Shown piece by piece: positions 1 through 11,820 of a stretch of DNA of 64,000 bases; the first letter of the stretch is position 1, and each line of letters opens with the position of its first letter. This DNA is from Diadema antillarum (taxonomy: Eukaryota), in the NCBI RefSeq assembly GCF_040938485.1, contig NW_027271595.1, forward strand, positions 434,001 to 498,000. Direction: 5' to 3'. The position numbers were made by a program, and so were the translations under genes. The notes beneath the pieces were generated by a model, which saw only the letters and a program-made list of their open reading frames with translations, had not been told where the DNA came from and did not search any database.

Positions 1-563
1 ACCTTTCACCCCTTAATTTCCTACATGATCACTGCCAGTCAGTACATGCATAAATACTAAGTTCCATGAAGATACCTTGAAATATTTGTGAGATATGGAG
101 AAAAACGTGAAATTTTAACATTTTCACTTGACCTTTGACCCTTGACCTTTGACCTCATGACCCAAAGCTCTCTCTGGGGAATCTTTATTTGGTAGTTCAT
201 GTATACACCAAGTTTCAAGAAAATACCTCCAGGCATTGCATAAATACAGGGAAAATAGTGAAATTTTGAGCATTTGACCTTGACCTTTTGACCTTTGACC
301 TTGATCATGTGCGCCCAAAAGTTGATAGGCACAACTTCGCCCACTCATACATTTACATGCCAAGTTTCATTAGGATACCTCTAACAGTTTTTTAGATACG
401 CTGTCCACAAAATAACATTACGGACGGAAGGACGGACGGAAGGACGGACGGACGGAAGGACGGACGGACGGACGGAAGGACGGACGGACGGACGGAAGGA
501 CGGACGGACGGACGGACAACCCGAAAACATATTGCCTCCGGCGACACTTCGTGGCGGAGGCAT
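1..563 (-). mobile_element. Helentron/HINE (pearl/DINE-1-like) non-autonomous element, cut by the window edge
   Basis: On minus it starts ATGCCTCCGCCACGAAGTGTCGCCGGAGGCA (subterminal IR plus hairpin), then a (CCGT/CCTT)n microsatellite at 421-516 and GGTCAA-rich core repeats. It shares its first ~45 nt with 24749-26110. Confidence 0.7.
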
Positions 564-1497
564 AAAAATGGGGGAGGGGTGCGTGCGCCACCCCTTTAAT
601 TTTGTAAACGCGCCCCCTCTTTACGGAATTCCTGGATCCGCCCCTGACGTACGTGTACGTGTTTCTATCTATATGTGTATTACTTGTTTATGTGCTATTT
701 CAATATTTCTGCAAATCCCCCTGCCATCATGAGGGTTGCCCATATAAAAACAAAACAAGAACGAACAAACAAAAACAAACAAACTGACATTTGAGTCTTC
801 TGCTCGAGTAATTTCCATAAATGATAGATTCTGAATAGGGTAATCATACTAGTACAAGTGTATTACTATCTTGGCTGCCAGGGGGCAGATAACAAGTACG
901 TGTATGTAGTATATAGAATATAATGACATGAAATACATGCAAACATATACATATACAGTGTACATANNNNNNNNNNNNNNNNNNNNNNNNNNNNNNNNNN
1001 NNNNNNNNNNNNNNNNNNNNNNNNNNNNNNNNNNNNNNNNNNNNNNNNNNNNNNNNNNNNNNNNNNNNNNNNNNNNNNNNNNNNNNNNNNNNNNNNNNNN
1101 NNNNNNNNNNNNNNNNNNNNNNNNNNNNNNNNNNNNNNNNNNNNNNNNNNNNNNNNNNNNNNNNNNNNNNNNAATTACACTAGGCTGAAAATTGCTATCC
1201 ATATTCCATCCCTATTCAATTAAGTAAATCACTCTACTCCCAATTCATCTTCCATTAGTAGAGATTATGAGGCAATACTTTACTGCAAAAAACTGACAGC
1301 AGTAGATATTTCATCCAATGTAAATGCAAAAATTCCCAGTTACTGTCATCATTATAATGGTACTATGCTACATACTGTATTATCATCAGTAGCAGTACTA
1401 GCATTATTGTAATTCAACAAATCTTTGAGACTTTCCCTCCCCTGATTTCTTTGTTGTTGATTTTTCCCTCGACTTGCGAGCTAAAACCTTCCAATAG

Positions 1498-1677
1498 CAG
1501 CGCTGCCAACATTGGAAACTAGTTGAGAGTGAGACTCCCATAGGCAATGTATAATATAATTTAGGAGTCAAATGAGTGAGATCAATAGAAATGCATGCAA
1601 GTGAAATAAAGTTTTAGAGTGAGAAAGGACCAAAATGAGTGAGTCTCACTCTCAATGAGTGAGAGTTGGCAGCCCTG
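1498..1677. mobile_element. MITE with 13-bp TIR and 6-bp TSD (hAT-like)
   Basis: TIR CAGCGCTGCCAAC / GTTGGCAGCCCTG; flanked by CAATAG at 1492-1497 and 1678-1683; second copy at 42172-42358. Confidence 0.8.
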
Positions 1678-2466
1678 CAATAGCATGAGCCTTCAAAACT
1701 CTACCCCATTCTGTGCATACTTGCAAATGAGTGCAATATGCTAGCGTACTCTCAACTTCAAGCATTGCTCCTTTTGTTTTGTACTTCTGATATGACTCAA
1801 AACCTATTATTTCCCAGCTTGCTTCGGTCCACGTAATATTGTACCATTACATCATGTAAAATGTAGAACATAACTCCATATCGATAGGAAAGTAAAAAAC
1901 TGAAGACTGCTGTGAAGTTTTTGTACACCTTTAATTCAATGACAGAGAATACGTATAAAAAAAATGATTAAAAAAGATATACATGTACATTGTACTACTA
2001 GCATTACTTGAAAGACTGATCTACCAATATTCTTGAAAATATCTTCATTCATTTACTAAAGTACTGATTGTTCAATGCATAACCATAATATACAAATATG
2101 AAATCAAATTCATTCATGTTTTTTTCCTGTATGACCGCTGAATTGTCAAGTGGTGTTGAATTCAAAGTTTCACATGAAATGGAACTAGAAACTCTAGCTA
2201 ACTGAAGTGTCACATGCTACATGATGCAAAGCAACCATAATGTTTATTCATTGCAGGATATGAAACAACTGAACTTGACAGAACTGATATATGGAGTAAA
2301 ATATATCACCTACTATAGAGTATTGTTGATGTTACAAACTAAAGTGAACTGTCTAAACATGAGTTTTTTTAATATAAACATGTAGTACTGTAATATCAGG
2401 GAGGTAGGATTATATCTCCATGGTAACATCACTTCCTGCTGGCTAACATCTCACAGAATACCAATA

Positions 2467-5400
2467 TCAAATTTTGTTGGCCAGGACCGGTTGGGAGTAG
2501 CGCCATCCATTTTGTAACTCTTGACTCAACTTCTTCACCAAGTCCTTATACTCGCTGTCATCTGCCACATTGTTGTCCTCCAGTGGGTCCACGCCTCTTA
2601 TGTAAAGCTCCCTTGCTTTCACGTCCGACCAATCAGCTTTGATCGTGGTGCCATTGAATCCGACCCATTCTGTGTAGTGGTAGTCTTCAGTCAGCATGGA
2701 ATAACCCATGACAGTGATGATCTCTAGGTTAGGCAGGTCTGTGTAGACACTCGGGGTCGTCCCTGGCCGGGGATACTGGCTGAAGGTAGCATTCTTCCAT
2801 CTGGAGAACTCTTGCTTGATCTCTTGTCTGCTGTGTGCCTTTACCAGGGGTGCAAAACTGTTCCCCTCTGCACAGAAGTCCACCTTGAATGGCTGTGGAG
2901 GGCAAACAGGTGGCACCTTCAGCCCAGCTAGCTCAGAAAGACTTGGAAACATGTCCACCAGTTCTACCAGCTCTTCGACCGCCACTCCAATATCACCCTT
3001 TAATTGTCTCTTTTGCTTTGTTGCAATTTTAGATGACAGCTTTGATTTCTCCCTTCTCTCCTTGGTAGCACGCTCAAAGGGGTCTCTAAGAGGGAATTTC
3101 CTCTTTGAACGCTGATAGTTTATGTCTGTCATCCCAGGAACGTGAACCATCAGAGGCACTCTTGTTGCCACTTCAAAGTTGGAATACTTGCACCATTCCC
3201 CATGCTCACCTAGTTGCCAACCTGTGAGATTGTTGACAGCATGTAATCATATAAATGCTGAAATATAGGAATACATTGCTCATGTTAATTAATATTTACA
3301 TCAAACTTGGTCGAAAATCTCTGTGCATCATGAGCCAAAGCCAACCAACGTGTAGAGAGTTATTTATATTGGGTGTCAGATCACTCTACACCAAGTGTAG
3401 AGCATATAGATCTGTGTAGATCTGTAATGTGTAGACACCAAGTGTAGATCTGTAATGCACATTTCTTGCCCATGGCTTTTGTGAGTATGAAAATGATGAT
3501 CATTTTGTTTCTCTTAGCTTGAAAAAGAAATGCTATTTACCTGCTGAAAAATTTCGGTACTGACATAATTTCATCAATACAAGTACACTCATACCGACAG
3601 CTTGGATTTTGGTTATTATCTAAAGATGCAATCACCTTTCACCAATAGGCAGTGAACTTTTGTCAAAGCTATAACTGTCACATACTTTGCCTTCTGAAAC
3701 TTTTGAGATAGCAAGTCAAAAATTCTTGGAGAGTTTCAATTTTGTCATGGTTTATTCCTTTATCCAGTCAAAGCCAATGTCTATACATTCCTTGATAGAC
3801 AGTCCCAGAAATGCAGAATTATACCTTCAACTTTGACCCACCCAATCCCTCTCAAACAGATAAGAATATCAAGATCATCATAACAAATTTTTCTGTGCTA
3901 TTACAGGTCCACACAACAACACTATTTATCAAAAAATACACCCACAAACAATGAGACATAAATTTGTAATACACACAAGTATATTGTGCATATGAAAAAC
4001 TTCAACTTGATGGCTTCAGTGTTACGTGAGAATTAAGAATGACAATGTCTGAGTGTTAATGTCATGCATAGAATCTCTAAAAGATATCATACTCTCTCAC
4101 CATGGTCTCCTACAAATGAGATGATGGTGTTGTTGGCAAATCCAGCCTCTTCCAGACCTTGGAGAACTCGGCCCAACTCGTAGTCAACGAAGGTTGATGC
4201 AGCATAATAACTCTGTCTCATCAAAGCCTGCACAGAGGCAGAAAAGAATAATTTATTGATGTTAAGATGGACACAGAAATGATATTCTTGTGCCGTCAGC
4301 AATGGCATTCCTGAGCAGTTAGAATTGTAAACTGTATGAAGCAATGCAAATGTGCATTTGTACTTAGATTTGACATCACAGAAACTGTCCTCTACTCGCA
4401 TGCCTCTATAACTCTCCTAAGATATAAGAAAATATTCCTCCCCCCAAAGAAAACAAAAAACAAAAAACAAAGACTAAATTATCTACACTATCAAATCGTG
4501 ACAACATCACTGTTTTTTTTCTTTCTTGTTCATGTTGAGAAGCATGTTTTGTGTGATATATCACCACAGTTGCTCACATGAAGTAGTGTTGAACTGCAGC
4601 CTATGGCTTATGGACAGCAGAGAACTGAGGCTGGCACTAGGGAGGACCACTCACATGATGGTCATCTGGAATGAGACCATACGGAAAGCTGAGGTTCATG
4701 GCTTTCATATCATCTCTCTGTCTGGCTGTAAAGAAGTCTTCCCAAGCCACGCTGGGCATTTTGGCTGGAATCTGCCTGTTGGGGGCGATCTCCACAGACT
4801 CCAGGGGATATAGGTCGCGGAACTCTTCAGGGTACTTCCAGTTCAGGTGTGGCTTCCTGAAGCCAACTGCCAGGAAGAAAGGCGAATCCCTGGTTGGTGA
4901 ATCTGGTGAGGAATTTTTCCTGTAAGAGTTCAAATGCTTATCATCAAATAAACCTGAATACACAAATAAAACTGTAGATACATGCATGATCATTAATACA
5001 TTATATGCTTTGTTCATTGTGCATGATAACATTTACATGACAAATTATTGCTCTGTCTTTTGTTACACATGAACAAACAATGAAACTCTTTGAATTTGTA
5101 TGAAAAACTTTTTTGGTGCTTTGTTAAATTCAATCTAATTTTTTTTTGTTGCAATCTCAAGTAAGTTTTAATGACTTAACACTTGATTTATCACAATAGC
5201 AGATAGTTCTACCAGCTATTCATATCATGCCAATTCAGCTTTTGTGAACACTGTTATACGTAAGTATTAGTGAGAGGGTGATGAACATTTTTAGCTGTAA
5301 AACAAGGAAAAGTAGAAATTACGCGGTGGGTAATATATGTCCCCGCCGGAAGTAGCATTTAGTAGCAAAAGGTACAATATAGGTAAAAAGATCAAGGTCA

Positions 5401-8400
5401 AAGGTCAAAGAAGTCAAAGGTCAAAATTCTGTGTAGAAGTTTTGAAGCCCTCACCTAGTGCCATCATATAAAGCAAACGGAATCAAAATCGGGTTAGAAA
5501 TGGCGAAGGAGTAGCATTTTGAAGCAAAATGTACAATATAGGTCAAAGGTCAAGGTCAAAGGTCACAACTGAAATTCTGTATAGAAGTTTCAAAGCTCCC
5601 ATGTAGTGCTATCATATAAAGCAAACAGAATCAAAATCGGGTTAGAAATGGCGAAGGAGTAGCATTTTGATCAATTTGATCACACACGGACGCACAGACG
5701 GACGGACGGACGCACGGACGGACGGACGGACAGACGGACGGACAGACGGACGGACACACACACGTACGGAGCCCGTTTCATAGTCCCCTGCTCGAACTCG
5801 TTCGGCGGGGACAATTAAGAGTGATAAAGAGAATGTTGGACCTCACCTGGCAGCAGACAAGTTAGCCAGGATCTCCAAGGCTCTCTCAGTGGTCTGAAGA
5901 TCTGGAAGGGAATGTTCAGGCATCCTGGACACGTTGACTGGACACACCACATTGTTGTGAAGTTTTCCATCTTCTGAGGGACACACCTATTATCAGACAA
6001 ATTAAAGGGCAATGATATTTGACCGCAATAATTACAGAGTGTTTGTTGTGCATTATTTATGTACATGTGCGTGCCTATGTGTGTGCATAAGGATTTACAG
6101 ATTAATAGGGACGAAAGATAGAACAGAGCACAAGTGTATCCTCAGATATAACCTACAACCATTTGTTTGCATCTTCTTCCTTGAATGATTATGAAACAAT
6201 GATCTAGTCTAATTCAAAACAAACAAACAAACAAAAAACAAACAAACAAACAAATAAACAAACAAACAAACATATGTGCATATATATCGCGGATTCAAAA
6301 ATAAATACATTTTATGTGTGGTTGCATTACTTTGTTTCATAAGTTCTTTATTATATAGCCTTCATTGGAAACATTTGCTTACCTTGGCATAAACATACTT
6401 CTCTGTAGAAGCATGATATGGAGGAATAGACCAGCTGTATGGGTAGTCATCTGTTCCATTAGAAGCTACACCTGAATTTCCAGTGAAATCAAAGGATATC
6501 TTGACATTCCACACACAGACACTGCATTGGACAATGCATCTTATAAAGTTATATTGCACTTAATGGATCAATAGCATGTATCTATGTGAAATTGAATTTT
6601 CAACAGAAATTAATAATGCTAGTTTGAAGCGTATGTGCTAGTAAAAACCATCTGAATGATTTGTTAACAGTGATAGATCTATAAAGAATCACTGCAATAA
6701 ATGACATGTGAAAGTCTATTGATACGATATGTAATTCATGAGCTATTAGTATCATCATAGACAACAGTGACGGATCATGGGGGAGTGCACCGGATGCCCC
6801 CTTTTATTTTTTGTTAAAACAAAACAAAACAAAACAAAAATGGGGGGGCATATGCACCTCCACTTTAATTTTGTAAAGGTGTCCCCCTCCCCCCTTTTAC
6901 AGAATTCCTGGAAACGCCCTTGTAGAAAGTAAGCTAAATTTGATAAGATGCATTATATCTTACAGACTTGGTATGGGGATACCATGCAATGGGAAAGCTA
7001 ATCTGACTCAAATATATTCAAGCATCCCAGGAATAAATTGTGAATAACTTTATCACTGATCTCTATGTAATTACACAAGTAGCCAAAGAACACCAATGAG
7101 AGTATGCTTCCATGCACATATTCATGAACAGGCAAGTCTATTCCAACAGGCCGACAATGGCCATGGTTTTTTAATGTACAGATATTCAGGGGGGCATTTC
7201 ATGAAGGAACTTGTCGGATAAAATATCAGACAAGTCAATTATATCCGACAAGTTTTGAGAAATTCTTTAGTCTGATTGGCTGATTTCTCTGAACTTGTCG
7301 GATATAAATGACTTGTCGGACATTTTATTCGACAAGTTCCTTCATGAAACGCCCCCCAGATGGCAGCGAAAGAAGACTGATTCAATCAGGCCAGCCTTAT
7401 CTCTCCACACTACAGAGATTTTAACCCATTGAGGACGGACTGATTTTGCTACAACAGGGATTTCCCATAGACACCTGTCTGAGTACACTTGGGACTCGTC
7501 CTCAATGGTTCAAGAGAAAAAGACTGATTCAATAAATTGGCAGAAAACTTTTGTGTTTCATTTGGTTTGGGATGTCTCTACTTAGAGAAGCACAGAAGAC
7601 AATTTTCAAAACATTGAGACTTTGATTTACATGTAGGTAGTCACAATCCATTTGTGACTGCTGACTATGTCCACATGCTGAATCTGAGTTTCGAAAACAA
7701 AAACAACAACAAAACCCTTCCTAGTTTAATAGTAAATATACCTGGATGAAAAACCTTGCCAACTGATGCAGTAAAGTAACCATTTTCCTTGAAGTGTTGA
7801 GGGAGAGTGGTGTAGTTTCCTGCGAAGGTTCTCCAGTAGAAGCCAAAGTCATAGAGTTTGGTTGTGTCTGGTCTGCGTCCTGTCAAAAATGAGATTCGGC
7901 TTGGGCCACAGACAGCTTGCTGAATTTAAAAAAAAAAAACCACCCAAATGAAAAATAATCAGTTTGACAACCGATATCTCATCACTGTGCATATCAGTTG
8001 CAATATGTATTTCCTGTGTACTGTAGGCCTATAATCCTACCTCCCCTCCCTCACCACCATAAAAAGAAAAATGACAATAAAAGAAAAAAATGCAGATCAA
8101 CAGACTGTATTCAAAAACTATGATCCACAAAAATCATGATAGACTTATTGTACATTGTATATACCCACCAATGCAAGTGGATTGAAAGTCAGCTTTTCTT
8201 TTTTTGTGTACAGAGAACTTTAATTTAGAGAAGCTTCCAAAGATCTTTATTTGATTGAGTGTGTGTTTGGGCATGCACTTCTTGACCTTCTGATTTAGTT
8301 CATCAAGCCATTTTTTTTTAACCTGCCTATGATGGAGATGCTGTAATGCAGACAATATTTTTGATAGAAATGAATAAATATCTTCACCCCAGTTATACAT

Positions 8401-9070
8401 GCAACACATTACCTGCACAAAGGCATTGTTGAAGACTGCAGATTGGGAAGCCAGTTGGTCAAGGTTTGGGGATATAATTGGACCACCATAGCAATTCAGC
8501 GATGCTCGTAGATCATCAGCAACTATGAACAGCACATTTGGTTTTGAGTTTGACGCTTCTCCTGGAAAAGCAATGAGAAACGTGTTTTAACCATTTTTGC
8601 AAGATTGGTTAACAAACTTTAACTTCCTTAATAAAAAAAACACCCTTGGTATATTGAAGCATGGTTGCAGCAGCTTACACAATGTCATGTCAAAGAAAAC
8701 ACTCTGTCTCTGTCATATGAAATATGGTGGAGTACAACGTATCTGAGCAGAGCAACTAATTCGACATTCTAGAGCACTGCAACTTTATTTAAAGACCAAG
8801 GGGGAAAAAAAGCAAATCTCACTTTCAATATCTCATCTGATGCTTTAATATACAACAAATTTCATCAATTTTACTAGGGTCTACACCAATTGTAGAAGTT
8901 CAGGACACCACCACAGCTCAGCCACACTGACATGACCACAATAGGGTAAAATTTACTGGTACATGTAGTTGATAGATGTGCAGGGGGCGGATCCAGGAAT
9001 TCGTGGTAAAGGGGGAAGGGGCGCAAAAAAAAAAAATTCTGGTGCCACTTCCAGGTTTAATCAGCTGACA

Positions 9071-9106
<36 letters not shown>

Positions 9107-9986
9107 AAAAGCCTCACATACTTTTTTTTTTGTTTTTTTTTTGTCACGCGTCATTCTTTTAACTTTGTGCCAATAATCCAAGGAAATACTCTTCTTCCTG
9201 GTGGTGAGCAACCACAAAACAACTAGGCCTAGATCTCAGCCCCATCTAGTTTGTGTCATGGTTTACTATTATGAGAACTAGATTTTCAATATGTCACTTT
9301 CAAATTTAAATTGTTGAATTGGATGTCTACGGGCCGGACGAATCAGTCAACATGGACTAAAAGGAGGTCGGCATATGTATATAAATTCATAAATAACCAT
9401 CAATCATAGCTAGTACTAGGTAGTAGAGACTAGAGTAGTAAACATGGTAAATAGTAGGCAGCACGGTCATTTCCTGTTCCCTGGTAGTTTGTGTCTTCCT
9501 AACCCCGTCGCGGGACGCGTTTTTTTTTAAAGACGGCACAGATTGGGGCATGGCGCGTGTTAAACCTATTTTATGGGAAAAACGTTGGGTTAGGGTTTTT
9601 GGTTATGGTTATGGTTAGGGTTAGGGTTAGGGTTAGGGTTTGATGGTTAGGGTTAGGATTAGGATTAGGGTTAGGTTTAGGGATAGGGTCCCCGATAGAT
9701 TTTTAGTTTCCCCAATCTGTGCCGTCTAAAAAAAACACGCTCGCGGGACGCTGTAACACAGTAACAGCCCGTATTTGTCCGTATGGGGTCGCTGCTGCGG
9801 TTAGTGTCTTCCATAATATTTGTCTTTGCCTTTATACTGCCTTGGCTTTTAAGTTTTATCTCATTTTGCCGAGGGTAAATGAATAAATAAATCGTTACCT
9901 CTCCTGGTAAGTAACAGTATGAAAGGAATGACGAAGTACTGGTATCTTGAAAGGATCATCCTGTCCCTGGTTGTGGCAGAAGACAT
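2467..9986 (-). CDS. IDS: Iduronate-2-sulfatase, copy A (8 coding exons)
   Basis: Exons 9986-9899 ([30 protein letters not shown]), 8561-8413 ([11 protein letters not shown]), 7919-7742 ([20 protein letters not shown], CxPxR formylglycine motif; GKVFH), 6471-6383, 5986-5847, 4919-4655 (KPH), 4227-4101 (GDH), 3221-2467 ([13 protein letters not shown]..stop). All introns are GT-AG with consistent phases. The 178/89/127-nt exons match human IDS exons 3/4/7. Exon 1 is the least certain. Confidence 0.93.
5300..5814 (-). mobile_element. HINE/pearl-like element, second family, in IDS-A intron 5
   Basis: 11-bp subterminal IR TGTCCCCGCCG (5338-5348) / CGGCGGGGACA (5803-5813); (GACG)n tract 5685-5760; ~150-bp core repeats; hairpin ATTAC..GTAAT at 5318-5334. 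Confidence 0.7.
7187..7359. mobile_element. Palindromic MITE
   Basis: ~30-bp TIR C(A/T)GGGGGGC(A/G)TTTCATGAAGGAACTTGTCG at both ends. Confidence 0.75.
7421..7513. mobile_element. piggyBac-like MITE
   Basis: TTAACCCATTGAGGACG...CGTCCTCAATGGTTCAA; reverse-oriented relative at 61789-61881 with TTAA at both ends. Confidence 0.65.
9517..9740. mobile_element. Mutator-like MITE carrying (TTAGGG)n-like repeats
   Basis: TIR GCGTTTTT..AGACGGCACAGATTGGGG / CCCCAATCTGTGCCGTCT..AAAACACGC; perfect 9-bp TSD TCGCGGGAC at 9508-9516 and 9741-9749; GGTTAG repeats at ~9587-9688. Confidence 0.8.
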
Positions 9987-10064
9987 TGTCCAGAGGAAGT
10001 GAAGCAAGAAGCTCAGCACTCAGCGAACGCACGTCGTTGCATCTTGGTTCGTGTTGCCAACGAT

Positions 10065-10122
10065 GTGTCACGTGACACTAGATGCATCATGTGACACGAA
10101 TCTGAGTACACTGTCACGTGAT
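10065..10122. promoter_or_regulatory. CLEAR/E-box cluster (MiT/TFE sites) between divergent IDS copies
   Basis: GTCACGTGAC 10067-10076 (inside the 14-bp palindrome GTGTCACGTGACAC), TCATGTGAC 10087-10095, GTCACGTGAT 10113-10122; ~80 nt upstream of the IDS-A ATG. Confidence 0.75.
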
Positions 10123-11820
10123 CGTACTCCTAGGTTCGGGCTGCAGCTACAGAGACAGAGGCGACGGTCCGGTCCGTGTTTGATAACTCCTTGGAAAGGT
10201 TGAAAGAAGGCACAGCTTGTGAGCCAGCCACCCACAGGGATCCGATCTGAAGGATGATATCACTAGTGGTGTCACTTCAGTCAGTAACTATCCGTTTACG
10301 TTTGGCGTTTCTACACAGCCCAACCGTTAAGTTCTAGAATCTAGTAAGTTTTAATTCCCACTCCCAGGCATGATTCCTCATGTAATTTTTTATGTTATCT
10401 CGTTATTTTCTAGCTCCCTTGACCAATTGATTGTTGACCGCCGTGTGCATTACTAAATTAGGTATGCAGCACTTAACTTAAAGTAATTTTAACCATTCCA
10501 AAATTTATCATGATTTATATTCAGTATTAAATTATTTGTGTAATGTTACATTGTCATTGTGCCATTGAATTGTCACATTGATGATGCAGAAATCCAGTGG
10601 GGGCAGTGGCAGTGAATTGACCTTACAAATTACAATGAATGCAAAACATTTCATTTCGATGATCAATGCAAACAAGAAGTTGTATACCGGTAAGCTGTTA
10701 TTTACGCTAGGGTTTAAATTTTGCGAATCACAGTGGGATCGCAAATTTAACAACATGGGAAAATGCCTCCATGCACTTTGTTGATACAGCATTAACGTAA
10801 GCATCAACGTCAGTTCGCGAAAACAACATCTCGGGAAATGTCTGCGACCAGGTCATTCGCAAAAATAACAGTGTATACAGTAGCTGACAAATGGAAGGTT
10901 GCACTGTTTGTAGGGCAGTTTAGAGTATGGTAACTAAAATTAGTTGGGAGGGCTGAGGGGGGATAAGGAAGTCTCAGATTTCCAGGAAGAGTGCCAGTAT
11001 TGTCCAGACCAAACAAAAAAAAAAGCGAGGGAAGGGAGGGGAAGTGTTAGTGCATTGATAATGACTAAAGGAGTGAGAATTTAATTAGATCTAATTATCA
11101 ATACCATTGCTTATAAATTTGATGATATAATTCTAACAGAAGTTCAAAATAATGAAGTCCCCAAAGATATATCAGAAAGAGTTGGTTTCCTTATGTCCCT
11201 CCACTTGTCTATACCACTAACCTATCCTTTTTAAATACAACTGTAGCTCACTCACAGATGCATGCACTCATAGTCCCACGCCATTGGAAAGTGGTGGGGT
11301 GGGGGAGGGGAGACATAAAGAAGGCTAATGTTTCAATGTGACACAGCAGAATTAATGGCAGTCAATGCATCATGTGACATGATCATGACTTATCCAGCAA
11401 ATTATTGTGTAATTGAAATAAGAACATGCAGAAAAGGTGACTAAAGAGGATGAAATCATATGGAAAAATTTTCCAAACAGCATGCCATTTAACCACATGA
11501 AATGGAGGGTGTAGAGAGCTTAATGCATTGGTTTCCCTGCGAGTGAATGCAAGAATCCCTATGACAGATGTTAGTTGGAACATGATTTGACATGGCCTGA
11601 CCTTTGCATTGCTAACAAATGGTGCTTCTGGTGATTTTGCAGCTCTGATTCATGAGTTTTACAGCCCAGGTCGGATCACTAGACTTACCCAGAGCCTATC
11701 AAGTGAACTGGAAATGGGACCCATGGTCATGAGTTGATGCTGATTGCTGAGTAAAGAAATTTAGTTGAGGAAACACCTTAATACTACTAGGCTGGTGGAC
11801 ACAGATGTAGCCGCCCCAGT

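Noticed and set aside
9587-9688. True telomere or chromosome-fusion scar
   Set aside because: The tract is short, degenerate, single-orientation and enclosed by TIRs with a 9-bp TSD.
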